Below are positions 56,700 to 64,000 of a stretch of DNA of 64,000 bases, piece after piece (within the stretch, counting starts at the first letter, position 1; each line of letters opens with the position of its first letter). The DNA comes from Rhizophagus irregularis (Eukaryota). The notes under the pieces were generated by a model. That model saw nothing but the letters and a program-made list of their open reading frames with translations, had not been told where the DNA came from and did not search any database. Made by a program: the position numbers and the translations under genes. The stretch covers positions 5,456,001 to 5,520,000 of the forward strand of contig NC_089429.1 in assembly GCF_026210795.1 (NCBI RefSeq), given 5' to 3'.

Positions 56700-57440
56700 A
56701 GGCGGGGCGGAGTATTTACTTTATTATCTTTCTTTGACACTAACTGGTTGCGTAGCAATCTATTTTCCTCCATCAATTTTAATTGTTCTGAAGACCGAAT
56801 ATCCAGCTCCCGTTTGTATATGCTATCTGACGACTCTATCCCTTTTCCCATACATTCTATTGTATATTCTTTTGAACTAAGATCCTCATTTGCTCGTTTC
56901 AATTCAAGCCTGAGAGAATCAATCTCTTTAGGATCGGATGAACTTATTTGGACTGGCTCCTCTATCACCCCTCCCATTACATCCAAATCATGATATGTAC
57001 GCTCTAGATCTATGTCCTCTAACTTACCTTCCAATTCACGTATTTTAGTTTCAAGAGATAGAATTGTAACCTTGTCAGCGGACGAAGCTTTCTGGGCCAA
57101 AGTTGCCTCTCTCTTTAGTGTTTTAATATTTGATTTAAGCGATTTGATTTCGGCAGTATATTTGGCTTCAAGCTCACGTCGACTCTCAGAATGAGACTTC
57201 CGTTCAGAAATAAGTTGGGATCTAACTTTAGCGCTGGACGCATTTAACTGGCTAATCTTATTTCCAATATCCTCCTCTCGCTCCAAATACTCTGAATTTT
57301 TAGCCAACAACTTTTCACAAAGATCATTAATTTCGGCTTTAGAACTAAGAGTGGTATACAATTTTTTTTTGAGCTCTTGCTCATACGCACTACCAAGCCG
57401 ATATCCTCTATTTTTATATCTTTCAATGTATGCACATTGG
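56696..57440 (-). CDS. Coiled-coil protein of the element (5' end uncertain or frameshifted)
   Basis: 221-aa heptad-rich ORF. The frame stays open upstream (...YEQELKKKLYTTLSSK) with no in-frame ATG there. Confidence 0.6.
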
Positions 57441-57711
57441 ACATAATCTTGGCATGGTTATATAGCAGAAAAAAAAAATGCGCGTAACTAAATTTCATCT
57501 ATAGGGCATTTTTTTTATTTTTTCTTGTCAAAATAAAATATCAAATATTCTTTATTGAGAAACATCACTTTTCATCATTTTTTATCATTTTTCATTGTTT
57601 TTTATCGTTCAAAAACCATAAATATTGTTTTTTATCGTTCAAAAAACATAAATATTGTTTTTTATATTTTTTTATCATTCTAAAATATTGCTAGAAATTA
57701 CTGGAGGAATT

Positions 57712-58257
57712 ATGCCTAGCCGATTTTTAAAAACTCATTATCGACGAGGTGCTAGTGTTTTAACGCCTGAGCAGATCGAAAAAATTAGATGCCTTAAAAA
57801 TAAGGTTCCTGCGTATATGATAGTAAGGAACTACCATATTAATAAAGATCGCGTCTCCGATATATGGGATGATTGTGAACGTCTACAACAGAGTGGGGAA
57901 TATGTATTAGCAGATATGTTACCGGAGCCATCAAACCATGACGATATAGTTCACTTTAAGAACGATCCTTTAGGTGTTTCAAATATTTCCTCAGAGAATC
58001 ACAATGAATATGATATCGTTTCCGATAGCAAGAAAAAAAAGACTGGAGGAAAGAAACCCAAGTCCAAGTCTGTTAGAATCTCTGAACCATCTATTACCCA
58101 GAATCAGCCAACGCCTACAAGCCCGGAGAGTTCAGAAGGTTTAAATATTAGCAGAGAGGATCTGAATGCATTTTATGAAAAAGAAGCTAAGAGAGACGAA
58201 AAAAATAAAGCAGAGGTGAATAGACGTCTAGCCGTGTATAAGATATTCCCCATTTAG
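57712..58257 (+). CDS. Hypothetical protein with an N-terminal HTH-like motif (possible regulator)
   Basis: LTPEQIEKIR...AYMIVRNYHINKDRVSDIW resembles a helix-turn-helix. Basic NLS-like KKKKTGGKKPK. Confidence 0.55.
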   Translation: MPSRFLKTHYRRGASVLTPEQIEKIRCLKNKVPAYMIVRNYHINKDRVSDIWDDCERLQQSGEYVLADMLPEPSNHDDIVHFKNDPLGVSNISSENHNEYDIVSDSKKKKTGGKKPKSKSVRISEPSITQNQPTPTSPESSEGLNISREDLNAFYEKEAKRDEKNKAEVNRRLAVYKIFPI

Positions 58258-58352
58258 TTTATCATAGCGTACTAATAATTTCTCACACAATTCATTAAGA
58301 TCCTCTTTAGACTTAAGAGCGCTAAATAACATTTTTTCAAGCTCCTCATAAC

Positions 58353-59367
58353 TCACTTTTTTTTTAATGCGCCATCCTCACTTAAGTCCTGCGAAATGCA
58401 GTCTGGAATCATGGAATTATACTTCTCCGCTAATTAATTACGTCGTATTTCGGCGAATGGACCAATTCACTATTTATTATAAAATTACTATGAATTAATT
58501 ACGTCTGTCAAAATACATTACGTCTGTCAAAATAAATTTAATTAGTATTTTGTCATTTTGACGAAAAGTATACATGGAATCGTCACATTCAGGAGTAATG
58601 TTCGCGCAATTCACCTCGAGCTTGTTCTTGACCTTATGCATATTAATTGGAATAAAAAATTCCTTACCATTACACTCTAGTCTCAATTCCCGTTTTGAAG
58701 CAAGTAAATCATAGTTATATTTATCAAACAATGTGTTAGGTAAAATGAGCATCGGCTTAGGATACTTAACTACAGCAAAATCAGCATATATAGTACATCC
58801 GGGAGCAAAATTTACTGGGACATTTCGGACAGTACCAAGAGATTCTATAGGAATGGTAGCGATGCCTCTAAGGTCATGTTTTTCTTTTGTATCGATTTTC
58901 AGCTTTGATCGTTCAGATATATCCTTGGTCATAATTGGGAAATTAGCACCAGGATCAACTGTGGCCACCGGAATCACTAGACGCTTAATTTTGCATTTGG
59001 TAGTAATGACATCCGTAGCAGTATCCTTTTTCTAAATAAAATATATTTCCATAGGATCATTGATAAATTCATAATCCTCAGAATCAACTGGTATTCTGGA
59101 AGCAGAATTCTGCGATTGAAAAAAAGCTATGGTGGCACCAAACTTTTCATTAAGCACCTTTTCAATAATTTTCTCAATAATATTTTCCAAGCGGGATTGG
59201 TCATCCTGTGATGGCGACTTTGAACTTTGCTTTTTCTTTTTAGAAATAGGAGCTGAGACCAAAGGAGCTGTCTCTATATCTTTTACCTCTTGAGATTTGG
59301 CCGTAATGCGACCCTTTGATTTCTTCTTTTGTGGTAAAGGGGAAGGATTAATCGATTCTTTCTTCAC
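58353..59367 (-). pseudogene. Retropepsin-like (gag-associated) aspartic protease ORF in the -1 frame relative to Gag
   Basis: VATVDPGANFPIM...LRGI...SLGTVRNVPV...ADFAVV...MLIL. In-frame TAG at 59032-59034. Removing the MITE and one TSD copy restores DSMIPDCISQDLSEDGALKKK*. Confidence 0.75.
58418..58572. mobile_element. 155-bp hAT-type MITE inserted in the protease ORF
   Basis: Exact 8-bp TSD catggaat at 58410-58417 and 58573-58580; short TIRs tatacttctc / gaaaagtata. Confidence 0.85.
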
Positions 59368-61556
59368 TTTTTTTTTGTCTTAGTAATATTAATATTAATA
59401 TCAGCTTCGGCTTCAGATTCAGATTCAGATGAAGAACTTAAACCAGAATCAGAAGAGTCATCAGACAACATATCAGAATTAGTATCCGAACTCGAACCTG
59501 AATCTAAAGTGGCAAGATTTACTTTACCCTTTTTGGACTTACTCTTCTTTTTTCTGGGACACTTACGAGAATTGTGACCAGTTTTACCACATTTAGAGCA
59601 TTTATGTTGGGCTAACTTTTTGACCACATTAACCATTTGAGAGTATTTTTTGGAAAGCTTGGCATAATTGGCATCATTGGTGCCCAATCTCTTTATTAAT
59701 TCGTCATTAATATAATTATCTAAAGATGTAAGATCTCTTGGTGCATTAGGTGGCATTCCCAAACGCACTGCACGTATATACATCTTTTCTAAGGCCTCAT
59801 CATTCTGGAGGCGTACTTGAGCTGGTTGAGCTAACTGCTGGGCTCGTAGGGAGGCTATTTCAGATTTTAACTTATCAATCTCAGCTGAAGAATTACTCTG
59901 ATAATTTTGACCTCCATTTAAATTGGGAGCACGCTCCAACCACATATCTTTAAGTTGTGTAAAGAATGCATCAATACCAGCAGGAGCAACAGCTCGCATC
60001 CATGTATAAAGATCACCCGACAAGTGATTCTTAAGAAATCCTACGGTTTGGGCATCACCATCCACTACACCTAATAATAAAGGTCGGATTCTTTTTTCAT
60101 AAGTATCTGGTGAATCTGTGGGTAGAAATCTTTCTTGAGTTAACCTCTGCAGTGCTGACTGCCGACTACCTACTGTTTCACGTTGATATTCTGATCTCAT
60201 CTAAGCGCGTAAAGTAGCTGGAGTATTAATATTAGCATTTCCGTTATATGGGTCTTGGGCAGGAACTGGTAAATATTTTCCTCCCATCTGAGCTTTATAA
60301 ATATTACACTTGACAGCATCATCAAAATCTCCAGCATTTGCATTTTCAAGAGCAGTCATATGCCCTTGTGCAAATGATATTGATTGAATAAATCTATCTA
60401 AATAATCATCAGGAGGTTCTTGGCCTGTATAGGGCTTAGTTTTTCCAAGAACCGGTGCAATCATAGTTAATACTGGTAAACGTCTACCATCAGCCATATT
60501 TCCTAATGGATTATTCTGAAGCGCCAAAATTTGTCCCTGCAAATTTAAAATATTCTGGCCTTTTTGCCTAATCACTAGCTGAAAAACAAACTTTTCACGT
60601 AGCAATTCACCAATGCGGGTTTGTTTTCGTGCTATAATAATTAACATTCTATTTACCTGGTTTTGAGCATTAGTTTGCAATTGTCAGATATTTTGCTGAA
60701 GACGGTTAGTATCTCGCTGATACAATAGCTGTTTAGCAAATTTTTCTCGCAATAATCCTTGAACACGCCTATTTTTATCCCGATATGAAAACATCCAGCA
60801 ATGGGATTCTTGTCTCTCATTATTATAGGCCAGCATAGCCAAGTCCCGTTCTCCTTGAGCATTATCTCTTTCCCTCGCAGTTCTATCAGTCTGAGCTCGA
60901 GATTCATCTAATAACCGCTGAGATCGCAGATTTTCATTTCTCATATCCCTCAACTGTTGTATAAGAACCCGCTCCCGCTCATTCGTTTCATTTAATAAAT
61001 TCTGATACTGATCACGCTCAGCTGTAATATTTTGCAAAGTAACCCGAATAGTATTTAACGAGCCTCTGATACCATCTATAACATTGGCAGGATTCTGCAT
61101 AGGCGTGCCAGCCCCTCTAATGTGATTTTCAATTCGATCTAATCCTTTATTAATATTTACGATATAATTAGCCGTTGCCATACCTAAAGCATTTATTGAG
61201 ATTTTTTTATTTATGAGAATCCGGATTCTTGCTTTAAGACTCCCAACCTTATTTTCGAGCTCTATGATTCGGCCATCTTGAACAAATCCAGCCTCATCTT
61301 TGAATTTTTTATCTTGTTGTAAGATCCTAAGCTGTTTTCGCAAATCAGAAATATCTGATTTAAGTTTCTCTATCTCTTTTTCGTGGACTATGATAGTATT
61401 ATCCTGTAATGAGATAGTCCGATAACATTGCTCAAGCTCCTTCACGAGAGAGCGAACTTTTTTCTCATTGCTCTTATTAGCAAAAATCTCATCTTGAAGT
61501 TCACTACGAAGCTCCTGGTTCGTATCTAAAAGCTGTGAATATGCTGGATCAGACAT
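59364..61556 (-). pseudogene. Single ORF of about 730 codons: long coiled coil, Gag/capsid-like domain and CCHC zinc knuckle, with two premature stops
   Basis: The three track ORFs share one frame, separated only by TGA 60684-60686 and TAG 60201-60203. Motifs PYTGQEPPDDYLDRF, MHR-like QERFLPTDSPDTYEKRI and CSKCGKTGHNSRKC. Confidence 0.78.
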
Positions 61557-61608
61557 GGTATTATTCAGCCCTGATTTATAGTACTATCATAATAATCCTA
61601 CCTTGAGA

Positions 61609-63275
61609 ATGAGTCAACCGCAAATTGTGATAGATCCCGATGAAGAGCTCCGTATAGTCTGTAGACTTCTATTTTATAATATACCTGGTTTTCATCCCAA
61701 TGCAAAAAAACTACATAAAGCGTGTCAGGAAGAAGGATATTCTTTTCAATTACAGGATATCACAAAATGGGTAAAATACCAATATAGTTACCAAATTTAT
61801 CAACAGCCATTGCCATGCAAAGCCGAGGCAAGCTTTTCGAAGATTAAGATTCCAAACAAAGTTCATCAGTGTGATATTCTGCTCCATACTCACAATGATC
61901 AGGATGGTAGAAGGGTTTTCGTTTGTAGTTTGCTAGTCATAGATGTGGCAATGCGTTATAAGGAAGGACGTTCTCTAACATCAAGAAATAGCTTAGAAAT
62001 CTGGATTGCAATCAAAGAAATATATGAGGATCCTTCTAATCCTCTCACATGGCCGACATTATTAATGACCGATGGTGATGCTTCGTTCTGAGGCGCATTT
62101 TCGCGAGGGATGCAACAGTACAATGTCACTATACGTGTTGTTGACCTTTATAGTTTTGAGAGCTTGGCTTTGATTAAAGCGTTCAAGAAAAATTTAGCGA
62201 AATTAATATATAATGTCCAATATGCCATAGAAGGGCGATTAGCTAAAGGGGAGCGATCAAGATTATGGAATAAAATCCTTAAGAAGTACATTGATTTTAT
62301 GAATAATAGTAAGACTCGCCTTATCGGAATGTCACCAGCTCGTGCTATGACTTTGGAAGAAGTCGAATCAAAACCTTCTAGTAAAGCTAAGCGGGCAATT
62401 GGGAGACATGAAGAGATAAAGTTAAAAAAGGGTATAGCGGTTAGATATCTATTGAAATCAGGCGAACTGGAAGGTATCACAGGCACCGAGCAACTGATCT
62501 GTACTGGTCCTTGCGTGTCTATAAGATCAAAAGAGTTGTTATTGGAAGGAATCCACCACAACCAGTCTTATACTATCTTGAGAATGAACCTATCGAATCT
62601 ACTGCCCATTTGATGGGACGAAACCCCAAAAGACCTTTCAAATTCGAGGAGCTCCAAGTAATCGAGGAACCCGATAAAATCGAATATCCGCCTGATGAAT
62701 TTATGCGGAAATACCATGATTCTAGATTTATTCACTTCACTCGAATTGCAGATAATAAGCTAACACAAGCTGAAGGTTATGCAAAGAGACGTGGCAGACT
62801 ATGCCTTGGAAAGACCGGGCAAATAAATGGGCATGATATATATCTTTGGTCTTATAAAAATGGTGCGCATCAATGGGAGTATCCATTAAAGTATATCATG
62901 AAAAAATTCGAATGGTGCCCTCTTTGCCACCACACTACTGAAAGAACTGTACGATATATTTTTGAGGATCTACTAGGCAAGAAATTTCCATCATGTAAGC
63001 CGAATTTTTTGCATGGAATGCAACTTGATGGATATAACGAAGAATTGCGACTAGGATTCGAATTTCATGGCAAACAACACTATAGCCTTAATTCAATGTT
63101 TCATAGGAGAGGCCAGATAGATTTGGATGAACAGAGGTCGCGTGATCAGAAGAAGCGGAATATATGTAAAAAAGAAGGTATATGTCTTATCGAAGTGCCA
63201 TATACATGTGACCTTTTTCCCTACATTAGGTATACGCTAATCGAAAAGGGATATTTGGATGATGCAAGTGGGTAA
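61609..63275 (+). pseudogene. rve/DDE integrase (Polinton/Maverick type) fused to a C-terminal zinc-ribbon plus PD-(D/E)XK-like endonuclease
   Basis: VHQCDIL and LMTDGDASF, then an in-frame TGA at 62089-62091, then MNNSKTRLIGMSPA. A frameshift near 62477 restores [22 protein letters not shown]...PVLYYL...FEEL. The frame then continues into WCPLC...[22 protein letters not shown]. Confidence 0.82.
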
Positions 63276-63361
63276 CCCAATCTATTGGGCAGGGCATTTA
63301 TTGCCGGAACTTGAGAAATTGTTACATTATTTTTCGATATAATAATTAGTTAGATCAAATC

Positions 63362-64000
63362 ATGAAATACGTAATATTCGCAGTGGACAAAGTCAAGCCC
63401 TCGAAAAAATATCAGGGTGATCCTCATGCACCGGCATGGCCTTTTCGAATTATAGTTGCAGGGGCTAGCAATTCGGGCAAAACAAATATGATTCTAAACC
63501 TGCTGGTGATGAACAAATTTTACTATATGTTTAGGAAAAAAAAGAGTTCTAAAATAGGTGAGCGCAATGTTAAATGTGACGATGTGATATTATGTGGCCA
63601 CCACCTTGATGAGCCTAAATACGGTATCGTTCAAAATTTTATAAATATCTCGCGCAAGATAAATCCAAGCCATACTATGAAGATAACACATTTTCTACAC
63701 TCACTCCTGATGAAATTCCAGATCCAAAAAAGTTCAATGCTAAAAGAAGTACACTAATGATATTTGAGGATGTCTGTTCGGACCCTCCAGCTATACAGAA
63801 AAAAATTATTCCATATTTTAGTAAAGGTCGCCATGAGAATATTTCTTCTATTTATGTCTCACAAAAATTTCACAGGATTCCTACGGATATTCGTGAAAAT
63901 GCAACGCATATTGTACTCTTCAGTGGTGGAGGTTCAACCCGAAAATTTGCTGACATTATAAGTCCTTATACAGATGCTGATCCGCACAAAGATTCAAAGG
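63362..64000 (+). pseudogene. A32-like (FtsK-HerA) viral genome-packaging ATPase, frameshifted near 63640, 3' truncated by the window
   Basis: Walker A RIIVAGASNSGKT. The shifted frame gives Walker B LMIFED, then SKGRHENISSIYVSQKFHRIPTDIRENATHIVLF. Confidence 0.88.

Larger units (their letters stand above)
54861..64000. mobile_element. Endogenous Polinton/Maverick-like virus element carrying a Gag-protease module (right end beyond the window)
   Basis: Intronless, tightly packed ORFs and higher GC than the flanks. rve integrase and A32 ATPase on +, Gag/protease on -. Palindrome and repeat array at the left. The left boundary is inferred. Confidence 0.75.

Noticed and set aside
58353..61556. 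Ordinary Ty3/Gypsy LTR retrotransposon
   Set aside because: No RT, RNase H, LTR, PBS or PPT is visible, and the integrase is on the opposite strand and of Polinton type.
7802..62561. Many short ORFs overlapping real genes in antisense or alternate frames (e.g. 8544-8840, 17029-17349, 58733-59035, 62148-62561)
   Set aside because: Shadow ORFs with no independent coding signal.

Overview
This is very AT-rich, intron-containing eukaryotic DNA. The expanded TKL-type kinases, F-box/LRR and BED-finger genes and decayed transposons point to an arbuscular mycorrhizal fungus (Glomeromycotina, Rhizophagus-like); this is an inference. Host genes are the 3' end of a BBE-type FAD oxidoreductase, a kinesin-3/FHA gene spliced in frame to a protein kinase, a DDX60-like helicase, an F-box/LRR protein, a peroxisomal (SKL) quinone oxidoreductase, two BED-finger genes and a TKL kinase. 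They lie among MITEs and hAT/Tc1 relics. The main feature is an intronless, GC-richer, virus-like element from about 54.86 kb that runs off the right edge. It opens with a perfect 62-bp palindrome and 32-bp tandem repeats. Its plus strand carries a Polinton/Maverick-type rve integrase fused to a PD-(D/E)XK-like nuclease, then an A32-like packaging ATPase. Divergently, 52 bp away, the minus strand carries a coiled-coil/Gag/CCHC ORF and a retropepsin-like ORF, each ending in the same AAAAAAAAAGTGA -1 frameshift-like signal. No reverse transcriptase is visible. This copy is inactivated by a few nonsense mutations, frameshifts and a MITE insertion.
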